Origin: the human T2T-CHM13v2.0 reference genome, Homo sapiens
Direction: 5' to 3' (one strand)
Assembly (NCBI RefSeq): GCF_009914755.1
Contig: NC_060941.1
Length of the DNA stretch: 64,000 nt
Position 1 is the first letter of the stretch. Every line of letters begins with the position of its first letter. The notes beneath the pieces were generated by a model. It saw only the letters and a list, made by a program, of their open reading frames with translations, did not search any database and was not told the DNA's origin. Shown here in pieces: positions 29,270 to 43,126 of this stretch. Position numbers and translations under genes: made by a program.

Positions 29270-29909
29270 GTCACTCTGAAGCCACTCTGAAATCACTCTG
29301 AAGCCAAAGCTGGGCTCAGTGGGGAAGGTCAGGAATGGAGAAATTGCCTTTTCTCGTTAGCCTCCTCTTGCCCTGATTTCATCCTCCCTATCCCTGCACA
29401 CTTTCCCCTGGCTGCTGTTGTAATCTACTTGTTCTGCTGACGCCCGAACTGACTTCTTTCCCGGTCTCTCCCCACTTTCTTTAGATGGTCCCTTCCCTCT
29501 TTCTCTCCCTTTCCCTCCTGAATCGATTCATTTTTTCTCTCCTGTTTCATATTTTCCATATCTGTGGGCTTTGTTCTACATTTGGGGAGCTTTTTATATT
29601 GTTTATTTCATGCTTTTACTTTCCCTTCCAATCCTTGGATCAAATATTGATTTTAGAGACTGTATTTTTATTTCGAAAAGTTTTTTTGGTTCTTTGATTA
29701 CTGATGTTTTCAAACTCTCTTCTGTTCCTTGAACTATATCCCTCCACTCAGTGGTCACATCTTTGTTTTGTTGTCTGCTTCTTCTATATTATGAGCCTTC
29801 CTCAAGTGTCTGCTGATTCTTGGTTATCCAATCATAGTTGAGAACAAGATAAAGTGTAGCTAACTGAGACCTCAGAGTATGTAGGAGTAAATAGTATATA
29901 AAATAGCTC

Positions 29910-30678
<769 letters not shown>

Positions 30679-30848
30679 AATAGTTCCAATTTATCATGCC
30701 AAATTGTTTGAACCCTTGATTCTTTCTTGACTTACAAGCTACACTTTAAGGGGCGTGGGCAGAGAGCGGTCTTCTAAACTCTAGACTGAAGAGGATTGAA
30801 GTTGAGCTCCAGCATTCTCACTGCCATGGCTTCCCAGATATTACATTA

Positions 30849-31359
<511 letters not shown>

Positions 31360-31879
31360 TTATCAGGTGGGTCAATTAGAAGTAGGAGTTGCAAAATGCA
31401 ATTTATTTTATCTGCCCTTTACTCTGAGGGTACACCCAATATGCCCCAGACCACCATACCCCTAATCTTTTGACACGGCAGGCCCCTAAACCAGTGTAGG
31501 GTTTATCTCCCAGCCTCTGGAGCACATCCAGTTGCTAGCCTCTTCTTGTTATCAGGTGCAATTAGCATGATGTCATAAACACAGGGGACTACCTTTATGT
31601 TCTGGGCAATGGCTGGACGATTCAGGTTTCTTAGAACAATACTACAAGGAGAAGAAAATTAACACAGTCCTGGAACAAGACTGTGAAAGTATACTGTTGT
31701 CCATGCCAAGCGAATGCGCCTGCCTCTGTTCCTCCTTCCTGATGGTGGCGGAAAGGATGCTTTTGCCAGATCAACAGTCACACACAACACACCAGGTTAT
31801 GCTCATCTATTCTAGTAAACCTGTCACTGTTGGCACAGAAGCTGGAAATTTGGCTATTCCTTTAATATGGTGGTGGGTT

Positions 31880-32228
31880 TGTTGTTGTTTTGTTTTGTTT
31901 TGTTTTGTTTTGTTTTGTTTTGTTTTGTTTTGTTTTGTTTTGGAGACAGGGTCTCACTCTGTTGCCCAAGCTGGAGTGCAGTGGCACAATCATAGCTAGC
32001 TCACTGCAGCCTCTAACTCCTGAGCTTCAGTGATCCTCTTGCCTCAGCGGAGTAGCTGACACTACAGTTGTGCAACATTGCACTGGCTAATTTTTTAAAA
32101 CACTTTTCGGTAAAGAAAGGATCTTGCTCTGTTGCCTAGGCTAGCCTCAATCTCCTGGGCTCAAGTGATCCTCCTGCCTCAGCCTTGCAAAGTGCTGGGA
32201 TTACAGGTGTGAGCCACCATGCCCAGGC
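31880..32228 (-). mobile_element. AluJ-like with (TTTTG)n tail
   Basis: Reverse dimer. Confidence 0.88.
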
Positions 32229-33832
32229 TCTTGGTTTAGTTTTCCCTAGCCCATTGACCTTGGTAAATTAAAGGCAGATCTAGTGGGACCACTGCCTTGT
32301 TTTCTTTGTCTTGGGGGGTGGCACTGATCTCTGTGTTCCTGGCAGAATGTGATATTGTTTGGGATTTACTATCTTGGCCACAGCAGAGGGACAGCCTCAG
32401 CGGCTTCCCCTTGGCCTTCCCCAGTCTGATCACTTTTACCACACAGACCAGAGAGTCAGTATTCATATGCACTGGTTGCTAAGTGTATCCACTTCTATCA
32501 TTTCTAAAAATCAGGGCAAGAACCACTGGGATGCCTCTCTCGTCTCTAGGATCTTGATTTTGCCTCTGGTTCTACTCAGGACTCGCTGCCTGGTCCAAGT
32601 GCTCAGCTTGTCTCAGACTGCCCAGTGACTCCACCTGCCCTCTTCCCTTCTGGAATTCTCTCAGCCCCATTGCTCCTATGGAGCTCAGTTATGTAATGGC
32701 ATCTCCTCCCGTGAGCCTGGCCTACAGAGACAGCCACTGCTGAGCTTCTCCATAATGCTAATGCCCCATCACCAACATAGTTCTTATTTCCCTGGTATTG
32801 GAGTATCCTCCAGGGCATCCCAAGGATAACACTCATTAAATACTAATTTAGTGAAACTAGCATATTTTACCTGAAAACACAATCAAATAATTTCATGTGA
32901 GTCTTTTTAAAAACAACCTTGTTTTTTTATAGCAGTTTTAGGCTCACAGCAAAATTGAGCAGGAAGTACAGAGATTTCCCATGTACCTCCTACCCTCACA
33001 CAGGCACAGCCTCCCCCATTATCAACATCCCCCACCAGAGTGGGACATCTGTTACAATTGGGGAATCTATATTGACACACCATGACCATTTGAAGTCCAT
33101 GTTTGCATTAGGGTTCAATCTTAGTGTTGCATATTCTATGGATTTGGACAAATGGATGATGAGAGCATCCTATAGAGTAGGTTCACTGCCTTGAAGATGC
33201 TCTGTGTTTCCTTGAGCCTTTTGATCCCTTCTTCCACCCTTCCATGACATCTTTACATCATTGAATGTGGGGTTTTGTTGCTTCTAAGCTTCTCAGGGCC
33301 ATCCCAGCAGTGCACTAGGACCAGTCTCCCAGCTTTGCAAGTGGTGAGTCCTCCTACATTGCATGGATGAGTACCTCTATGTTGAAAAACCCTTCCTGGC
33401 TCAGCACTATAGTCCACTGCCCTGGGATCCACTCTCACACACACTCTTCTAACTGGTTCATGCCAGCGTATATTAGTTCTCCTTTTCCCTTAGCAGCTCA
33501 GCGTGTCCCTAGGTGGGCCAGGCTGACACTCAATGTTGGTTATCGGTCAGGAAGAGAAATGAGGGCAGATTCCTCAAGTAGATCCTTAGGGGGCAGCAAT
33601 GTCTGGTGAGGCATCTGCTTCATTGGAGACCTCAGCATCAACTTCAACAGGGGAGCTGTTACCTTCTAACAAGCATCAGGCCACTCTGCAGTGGGAGGCT
33701 CGAGGGCTCAAATGAATTGTCAAATGTCCCATCTTCAGGTTCCTACTTTTCCCTACAGGAGCCTGACTTGTTGAGGCTAAGGATTGAGTTTTCACTGAAG
33801 TTTCACTTCTCTTAAACTTAGGTCTTGGCCTG

Positions 33833-34188
33833 TGTATTAGTCCGTTCTTATGTTGCCAAAAGAGACATACCCGAGGCTGGGTAATTTATAAATGAAAGAG
33901 GTTTAATGGACTCACAGTTCCACATGGCTGGAGAGGCCTCACAATCATGGCAGAAGGCAAATGAGGAGCAAAGTCACGTCTTAAATGGCAGCAGGCAAGA
34001 GAGCTTGTGCAGGGGAACTCCCCTTTATAAAACCATCAGAACTCATGAGACTTATTCACTATTGCAAGAACAGTATGGAAAACCCCGCACCCATTATTCA
34101 ATTACCTCCCACTGGGTCCCTCCTGGTGGGGATTATGGCAGCTACAATTCAAATGAGATTTGGGTGGGGACACAGCCAAACCATATCA
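33833..34188 (-). mobile_element. THE1-type MaLR solo LTR
   Basis: TGTATTAGTCCGTTC...CAGCCAAACCATATCA; TSD GCCTG. Confidence 0.9.
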
Positions 34189-34454
34189 GCCTGATCTACG
34201 GCACAATTTTTTCTCCAGATAGAGGGAATGGGGATCCCTTCAAAAGCTGCTAAGGAGGGTACCAGAAGCCCGCCAAAGGCATGGTCTAAAATGTTCACAG
34301 CACACTATGCATCATGGCCCTGAACTTGAAACTAGCTGAATGCCCATAAATAATACATTTGAAAAAATCATAAAAACAACAAGAAAAGTGTTTCAAATTG
34401 TGCACTTTAAATATGTGCAGTTTATTTTATCCCAATTATACCTTAATAAAACTG

Positions 34455-34510
34455 GGAAGGAAGGAAGGAAGGAAGGAAGGAAGGAAGGAAGGAAGGAAGG
34501 AAGGAAGGAA
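34455..34510. repeat. (GGAA)14 microsatellite
   Basis: 14 uninterrupted units counted. Confidence 0.95.
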
Positions 34511-34578
34511 AGAAGGAAGAAAGAAAGTCTGTCTATGGTCCCTGAAGTCCTGCCCCCTCCCATGCGTTCTTGGCTCTA

Positions 34579-35103
<525 letters not shown>

Positions 35104-35934
35104 TTAGGAAGGCTAAACTGACAGGGGGTTAAGGAGGGAACACAGCAGGGAGTCGGGAAGCCCCAGGGCCATGGACCAGGCACAGTAATAGACCAATCTT
35201 AGAGTGAAGAGGACACGGAATTTAATTTTGAGCACATCTGAGCTGTTAACAAAGTGGGTATCTCTATGAAACAACCAATAGGCACTGGAAATGACAGCCA
35301 AGCACTGAGGCAGGAAATCAGGTGACAAACTGCTTTTGACAGTCTTGTGCATAGAGGTGACTTTAGAGTGCAGGTGAGGACACTCCCTGGAGAGAAGGGC
35401 TCCAGAGGAGAGCATCAGGACAGGCTCCTGCAGATGCAGGGTGGTGGGGGCGGGAATGGATTAGGCAGTGAGAGCAAGGAGGGGCTTCAGCAAAGAAGGA
35501 GGAGAGGAAGAGGGAGCAGGTGACAGAGGAGGGAGGGGACCATCTAAAGGAAGAGGGGGGAGTCTGGGAAAGTCACTTTGGGGATCAACAGAGCAAGCAG
35601 TTTCGGTGCAGTGAGATTGGCCAAAAGCCAACTGCAGGGAAAATGTGCAGAGATGGGGAGGAAGGAACCAGGGCAAAGTGGGGCTAGAGAAAAAAGGCAA
35701 CTTCCCCTTCCCCAACTACCTACCACAAGCCTCCAGTTTGGAGTGACTCAGGACCCCAGAGGAAGCTTTCCTAGAGAGGAGCACTGAGTCAGGCTCCAGA
35801 AGAGATAACAGCCCAGGGCTGGAAGGGTGGTTTGAGATGCCCTGCTGTGGGGCTGCCTGGAAAGAGCCTGGGGCACAGGCTGTTTCTCCAGCGAGGCTGG
35901 ATGGGAGCACTATGCTGTGTTCTTCCCAAAGTGC

Positions 35935-36072
35935 AAAGCCAGCGCGCCTCGATCAATCCCTTCCCTCCACGCTCTGAGACAAAGCCAGGGCGCCTCCATC
36001 AATCCCTTCCCTCTACGCTCTGAGGCAAAGCCAGCGTGCCTCCATCAATCCCTTCCGTCCACGCTCTGAGCC
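35935..36072. repeat. 3 x 46-bp tandem repeat
   Basis: AAAGCCAG(C/G)G(C/T)GCCTC(G/C)ATCAATCCCTTCC..CACGCTCTGAG.C at 35935, 35981 and 36027. Confidence 0.95.
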
Positions 36073-36405
36073 TTACTGTACTCCCTGCCCTGTGTTGTTG
36101 GCAGATGCTCCTAAATCACAGACAGCTGCAGATGGAGCCCAGGCCAGGCCTGGACCATTTACTTCCCCAGTTCATTGAAGACATATCGTCACACCACACA
36201 CACTCCAAAAAGACAGCACCACGTTTCTCTTAATTCATGAATTTAGGAAGTAACTAAAGAAAAAAAAGGAAGCAGTTGAGAAAACAAACAAAAAAAAATG
36301 ATTTAGACAAGTAGGAAGCAGTTTGCCTCTGGGTTCAGTTACAAGTTGCTGGAGGGCAGCTGGTATTAACTCATCACCAGGGAGAGAGCACAGACAGGCA
36401 GGGGC

Positions 36406-36445
36406 ATGTGGTGCTCACTGGTCCTGTTCCTTCTCATCCTTCCAG
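36406..36445 (+). pseudogene. CD300-like pseudogene exon 1 (leader MWCSLVLFLLILP)
   Basis: 40 coding nt, as in CD300LD/CD300E; CCAG|gtaagt consensus donor; ends LLILP like CD300LD. Confidence 0.9.
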
Positions 36446-36709
36446 GTAAGTGGGCCTGGGGATTAAGGAACTGGAACCCAAAAGGCTGGACAGGAAACAG
36501 AGAGGGTCTGTGCTGGAGGGAAGGAGACAAGCTGGGGAAAATGCACTCATCCATGCACTTACATATAAGAAAGCAGGAAGGAAGGAAAAGAGAAAAAAAG
36601 GGAGGAATGTTTTGTTATCTGACAGTTACTAGGTTAGGTGTTGGGGAAAGAAACAAAAAACATAAATGGTGTCAGGTTTCTAGGATTCTGATTCTTCTCA
36701 ACCCTGGCA

Positions 36710-36715
36710 GATGAT

Positions 36716-36770
<55 letters not shown>

Positions 36771-36811
36771 GATTGATAGACAGACAGATAGATGATAGAT
36801 GATAGAGAGAT

Positions 36812-36858
<47 letters not shown>

Positions 36859-36895
36859 GATTGATAGACAGATAGATGATAGATGATAGATAGAT

Positions 36896-36942
<47 letters not shown>

Positions 36943-36945
36943 GAG
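36710..36945. repeat. Compound (GATA)n microsatellite
   Basis: Three GATA blocks with interruptions. Confidence 0.95.
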
Positions 36946-37752
36946 AGAGAAGTAAATGGATGGATGATAGACGAGAGACAGATAGATGCATGGACAGGTG
37001 GACAGATAGATGAAAGAACAGATAAATAGGTAGATACATACATACTTATATACTTGCACATATACACATATACCCAAACTTAAATGCATGAATCCCTGAG
37101 GAACTTTAAAAGAGCACAAATACTCAGGTTCCAGCTCAGACCCACGCAGTCGTGGCGGGGTTCAGACATCTGGCTAGTTTAGAAGCCTCCACAGCTTGTC
37201 ATGAGTTGTAGCTAAAATGGAGCAGCTCAGAGTTACAGGGAGGAAGACAGGCAATAAGGCAAGGATGTCATCGCTCTCTGGAATGTAAGTCAACCCCACA
37301 CATCAGCCTGCTTGAGCTTCTGCTCTGGACGAGCCAAAGACCAGACCATTGTTCAAGGTTGTAAGTACAACAACTGAGACAGATACAAAGTGGTCTGGTG
37401 GCACCAGGGCGGGGCTGAACCAACCCTTCAGGGAGGGGAATAAGGGCTTAAGTCCATCAAGCAAGGAAGAGACAACTTCCTGGGCAAAGGGAGCAACTTG
37501 TGCAAAGGTATGGAGACAAAAATAGCATGGTGCTTAGGCAAAGAAAAACAACTGTGCACTGAGTGTGTGCACAGGTGTGTGAGTGTTGGGGGTGTGTGTG
37601 TGGGGGGGGGGTGTGGGTGTGTTTGGTTCCATGAAACTTTATCACATGTGCAGACTCACAGGAGAGGGTTTTTAGGGGTGTGGGGTGCAGTGCCAGTGGG
37701 CGGAGGAGTTGGGGGAAGCCAGGATGTCTACCTGTTCAGCTCTGGGATTTTA

Positions 37753-38186
<434 letters not shown>

Positions 38187-38421
38187 CTAGGATGGCGCAT
38201 GAACAGACCACTGTGTTGGGCAGTTGGAGCCCTCAGGAGAACTTTGTCAGAGGGGTGACAACAAAAGAAATACTGCCGGGGAATTAAGGAACAAATGGAT
38301 GTGAGAATTTGACAATTTGGGGGCTGAGGATAAAGGCTCCTGGTTGGTCCCCAGGGAGGTGCCGGAAGCCCTGGGCAGTGCCCAGGGAGGGAAGATCTGG
38401 ACGTTGGGTTCTGTCTTCCAG

Positions 38422-38812
38422 AGTATTTCTCCATCTATGGTCCTAGAGCTGTGTGGGGCACAGAATGGGACTCACTGACAGTGCAGTGTCATTATGACCA
38501 AGGCTGGGAGACCTACAGCAAGTAGTGGTGCCACGGGAAGGACTGGCAGTCCTGCAAAATCCTCATTACAATCACAGGATCAGAGCAGACAGCGGAGAGA
38601 GACCGAGTGTCCATCAGGGACGATCAGAAACATATACCCTAAAACTTAAAGTATAATAATAATAAAATTTAAAAAAAGAAAAGAAAAGAAAAACCGTGTG
38701 TTCACCATAACCATGAAGATGCTCTGGAGGTCCGACACTGACACCTACTGGTGTGGGATTGAGAGGACAGGCACTGACCTTGGGGTCCAAGTTGAAGTGA
38801 CCATTTACCCAG
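38422..38812 (+). pseudogene. CD300-like pseudogene exon 2 (IgV) with nonsense codon and L1 insertion
   Basis: EYFSIYGPRAVWGTEWDSLTVQCHYDQGWETYSK*WCHGKDWQSCKILITITGSEQTAERDRVSIRDDQK[ins]NRVFTITMKMLWRSDTDTYWCGIERTGTDLGVQVEVTIYP; ttccag| acceptor, G|gtcgga donor. Confidence 0.95.
38631..38691 (+). mobile_element. Extremely 5'-truncated primate L1 (L1PA-type 3' terminus plus A-rich tail)
   Basis: CATATACCCTAAAACTTAAAGTATAATAATAATAAAA.. matches the L1PA 3' end; candidate TSD AGAAA at 38626-38630 and 38687-38691. Confidence 0.85.
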
Positions 38813-40434
38813 GTCGGAGCAGCTCCCTCCTGTACCAAACTCTGGTGCTGACCCGAGAGGATTCAGTGATGCTGTCTTGACATTGTCCTGGGACTACGTG
38901 TGTGCATGGGCTTGTGTGTGCTTGTGTGTGCCTGTGTATGTGTGCCTGGGCTTGCCCGTGTCTATATGTGTGCTGTGCATAGATGTATGTGTACGAATGG
39001 GCCCGTGTGTGTCTGTGTGTACATGTCTGTGTTTGTGGGCCTATGTGTGTGCATGTGCATGTGTGTGTGTTTGGGGGGAGGGGTTACACCAAGATTCTGG
39101 AAAGACTGGAAGACAGAGCAAGCCTCAGTATCTCTGTATGTCTCTATCTGCTATTATCAGAGGGAGCCAAGCAGAACTGGGTCAGCTTGGGCAGGCACAG
39201 TGCAGGGTAAGAAAGAAGGCAGGTTCTCTTCTGCAAGTCACTTGGGGCAACCCGTGCCCCCTCAGAGCAGCCCCAGCCTGACGGGAGGACTTGTCAGGTG
39301 TACAGGGAGGGGAATGCAAGAAAATCGCAATCCCAGAAGTCTCAGCTCCAGGACAAGCATGTAGTGACCAAGAGCCCATTGGTGACCCTCTCCTTGGAGC
39401 CACCTCTCTCTCGTCCTCTCCCACCTCTGGTGACATATGGACAAAGGAAGGCATGGGAGACTCTGACCCATTCCTGAAAGAGGGAAAAACAGAACCCGGC
39501 ATAGTGCAGAGCCCTCCCACGGGCCTCCCCTGGCTGCCCCGAGCCTTTGAGGATACTGAGAACTCACAACAGGGGGCTCCTAGAAAGAGAGTCCGGCTGT
39601 CATCCTCACTCCACAGCCCAGCCCCCAGAGCCATCAGTGTCATCTCCGCCGTGGGCACCAGAGAAACTGTCAGCTCCCCATGCACATGCATAGATGCTGC
39701 AGCTCAATCATATATCTGTTACTTGTGGGCCCATTTACAAGGCAGGGAAAAGTCCTTTTCAGCTTAGTATATGCGGATGTGGTGTGCCTGTGTGTGTGTG
39801 CAGTGGGGAAGTCTGGTTTTAGAATGTTTCAGAAATTGACTTAAAAAGAGAACAAAGGCATGAATGGAAGGAAAGGAGGAGCTGGGGGAGAGTCGGAGGC
39901 TGCAACCCTCCAAGCCTAGTGAAATAAGGAAGCTTTGGGGAGGCAGGAAAACTTCAGCTGGAAACAGATGCTCTGCCCAGCTGCAGGGGAGAGGAGTCCT
40001 GAGTCCCCAGGCAGGGCCCAGGGAGGGGCAGCTGGCTCTGAGGGTCACTTTGCTACACAGCAGGCAACAAACAGCCTGCTGGAGCCCAGGCTGAGACTCA
40101 AGAGAAGGGCTGGCTGGCTCTGATGTAGAACTTCAGGGAAGCAGAGTGTGGTTCTCAACGCTCAGCTGTGCAACGCAGGACTCTGGGACTAAGTTGAATA
40201 TTTGTGAATTGCCTGCATAGCTTCTCGCCACAAGTCCTTCCCAGGTGGTGCAGTGATGTTTGTTTGTAAGTGAAATAATATTACATTTTAGATAAGATAC
40301 CAAAAAGATACAAAACAAAACAACTGTAGTGCTAAGACTAAATGCTTCACGATCCTTGGAGGGGTAAGAGGTGACGTGAGCCACGGGGAAGCCACCTAGG
40401 TCACCCTCAAAACTATCCTTTGCATGTCCCACAG

Positions 40435-40726
40435 CAACTCCAAGAAAACCATCTGAACCTAAGACAACAGACGCAGCTGCACCTGGTACAGCAGACACAG
40501 CTGGGCCTGGGACAATGGACACAGCTGTACCTAGAAAAGCAGAAACAGCTGTGCCTGGGAAAAGGAACACAGCTGTGCCTGGAACAGCAGACCCAGCTTC
40601 ACCTGGGACAGCAGACACAGCAGAACCTATGAGAACAACCACTCCAACAGTTCTGGCCTCCTGGCCTTCTCTCACCCAGAGCACCAACAGCACCCAGCCC
40701 ACGGCTCTTACCAGCCCCCTCACCAG
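40435..40726 (+). pseudogene. CD300-like pseudogene exon 3 (long Pro/Thr/Ala stalk with 7 x 24-bp repeats)
   Basis: cccacag|CA ... AG|gtgagc; 292 nt, open, phase 1-2; ends SPLT(R) exactly like CD300LD exon 3. Confidence 0.88.
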
Positions 40727-41014
40727 GTGAGCAGAGCTGGGCTCCCACAGACCTTTCCCTAGGCTGCCCCATGACTGCTCCTTCAGATGCTCTCACCAGG
40801 GACCCTCATGTGGCGCTCGTCAGGGGAGAAACAGTGAAGTCTGTAGTGGGCCTTCCCCTCCCTGTCTACACCTGAGCACTGCAGGAGATTCTCCCTGATG
40901 AGCTGCAACAGGCTGAGCTCCAGAGAGCAGGCTCTGGGCTCCACGCTTCACCGAGTCCCTCAAGCCCCAGGAGGCAAAAGCGAGGTGAAGCTTTGGGTGC
41001 TCTGGAAGGGCAGC

Positions 41015-41512
41015 TGTCTGGGTGGCTTTCCTGTGGCTGCTGTAACTGATCGTTACAAACTTTGTGGCTTAAAACAACACAGTCTCATGATCATACAGCT
41101 GTGGAGACCAGAAGTCTGAAATGGGTCTCACTGGGCTGAAATCAAGGTGTTAACAGGGCTGGTTCCTTCTAGAGGCTCCAGCGGAGGGCCTGTTCCCTTG
41201 CCTTTTCCAGCTTCTGGAGGCCACCCGTGTTCCTTGGCTCATGGCCCCCTCCTACCCAAAGCCAGCAAAGGTCGGTGGAGTCTCCCACAGAGCATCGCTC
41301 CACTGTCTCTCCTGCCTCCCTCTTTCATTTATAAGGACGCTGGTGATTCCACTGGGCTCAGCCAGATGATCCAGGATAATCCACCCTGGGTCACCTGACG
41401 AGCAGTCTCAAATCCACCCACTGCCTTAACTCCCCCTTGCATGTAATAAAACATATTCACAGGCTTTGGGGTTATGACATCGTGGGTGGGGTTCACTATT
41501 CTGCCTACCACA
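41015..41512 (-). mobile_element. MaLR LTR (MLT1-like)
   Basis: GGCTGCTGTAAC..ACAAACTTTGTGGCTTAAAACAACA...CAGAAGTCTGAAATGGGTCTCACTGGGCTGAAATCAAGGTG...ATTCTGCCTACCACA. Confidence 0.72.
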
Positions 41513-43005
41513 GTCACAGGCAGGGGTGTGCCCATCGCTCCATCTCTCCAGCCAAGGCTAGGGAAGGGCAGGGCGGGAGAGCAGGAAGCTGGGCCTCTTG
41601 CTTTTCTTTCACATTCCCAGCATGGTAGATGGGTGTGGACATCAATCCGAAGCCCACCTCCTTTCGAGGGATCAATAGGATGTCTCATCACCGCGCAAAT
41701 GCGGCTGCCCCTGTTTAACCCCATCACAGCCTGGTGCTTCAGGATCCCTCAAAGTCCAGGGTCAAGGCCCATTCTCTCCCTGGATCCTGCCTTCCCTGCT
41801 CCACCGGCTCCCTTCTCCAGCCCAACTCCGTTCCTTTCAAAGGGTCTTGTTCCCTGGAGCCTGCCAGCACCGATCCTGTGTTCCCTAGGAGTCCGGAAGA
41901 GGCGAGGCACTGGGGATGCTTCCTGACCTGGCCTTCGTCTCGCTCCACTGTTTGCAGAGCGGTTGTTCTGCTGAGTGGGGATGGCAGTGCCAGGACTTCT
42001 AGCGAGACGGGAGAGGCACAAGGGGAAACTTGGCGGGAAGAGACCAAGGGTGCGGCTTCTCCACGGGGAGTGGAACTTGCAAGAAGAACACAGTGGTTTA
42101 AAGGGTATTTTTAGGATGTGCAATATGGCAGGCCTGCTCTCACTCAAGAAAACTCTGAGTTAAATTCACATGACTCATCACTGCTTCCATGCCCTGGGCT
42201 GGAGGCCAGCTTCGGGGAGAGAACAGGGATGGCCTGAGGGAAAGGGCCCTGGCACCGGGTGTACGGGAGTGGATGAGGAATAAGACTGGGGAATCAGACT
42301 CTTACACGCTGATGGGGACTCCCCAGAACCCACTCGTTTAGCTAGACCAAATATTAAACATGTGGGTGATATGAGGCAGCAGGTCTCAGATCTGCTGTCA
42401 TAAAGTGGGTCCAAGCAGGAGGAGACCCCTCCCAGGAGAACCAAATAGATAAATAGCCAGGTTGTTAGAAGTGGGGGAATCTTCCTGTGCTTCAAAGAGG
42501 TAATAATAATTAGATTTGAGCTTGAAAGATGGGCAGAAGTGACAAAGGGAGACACAAGGCAGAGAGAGGAGCAGAAGCAGGAATACAGGACACAGCAGAC
42601 CCTCGAGCTTGGCGGGACACAGGTGAGTAGCAGGGACTGTGGGAAAGAAGACCAAAGGCAGGCCTGGCTGGGTGCAGTGGCTCACGCCTGTCATCTCAGC
42701 ACTTTGGGAGGCCAAGGCAGGAGGATGGCTTGAGCTCAGTAGTTCAAAATCAGCCTGGGGTATATAGCGAGACGCCATCTCGGCAAATAATGTTAAAGGC
42801 TGGGCAGTCACGGCCAAGGGCAGCGAAGGGGCCGGGCCCCAGACTGAGCCTGTGGGAAGGCCACTGGAAGCTCAGCCTCCGGGTGGCATGACTTTGCCCC
42901 TTGCATGGGGCTTCCCTGGTTGGGGACCAGGCAGCTGACCAGGGTGGCAGGTGTTGGCTCAGGGAAGAGGCTGCTCACTCTTGGCATCTTGACCCCTTTG
43001 TCCAG

Positions 43006-43126
43006 GATCCTGCTCTGCAACATCCACTTCCTGCTCCCGATCTCCCTGAAGGGGCTGCTGCTTGTGGGCCTGCTCTGCACTGTGCTGCAAGTGAGCAGTG
43101 CTAAGGGGGCCTCCAGGGGGAAATAA
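43006..43126 (+). pseudogene. CD300-like pseudogene exon 4 (TM with Lys, short tail)
   Basis: tgtccag|G; (R)ILLCNIHFLLPISLKGLLLVGLLCTVLQVSSAKGASRGK* aligns with CD300E HFLLVVLLKLPLLL; 121 coding nt, as in CD300E. AATAAA at 43122 and 43796. Confidence 0.85.

Noticed and set aside
36634-37119. YLSI/IYLS-repeat ORFs (also 44497-45086)
   Set aside because: Translations of (GATA)n microsatellites.
40133-40723. 196-aa minus-strand ORF with VPGxAVSA repeats
   Set aside because: It is the antisense shadow of the plus-strand stalk repeats; the splice sites and SPLTR homology are on +.
42480-42630. Strong CAG|GTGAGT donor at 42622 (+) and a leader-like LLLLLSLP peptide (-)
   Set aside because: No CD300 homology or convincing acceptor for an extra exon, and the minus-strand peptide has no ATG or donor.
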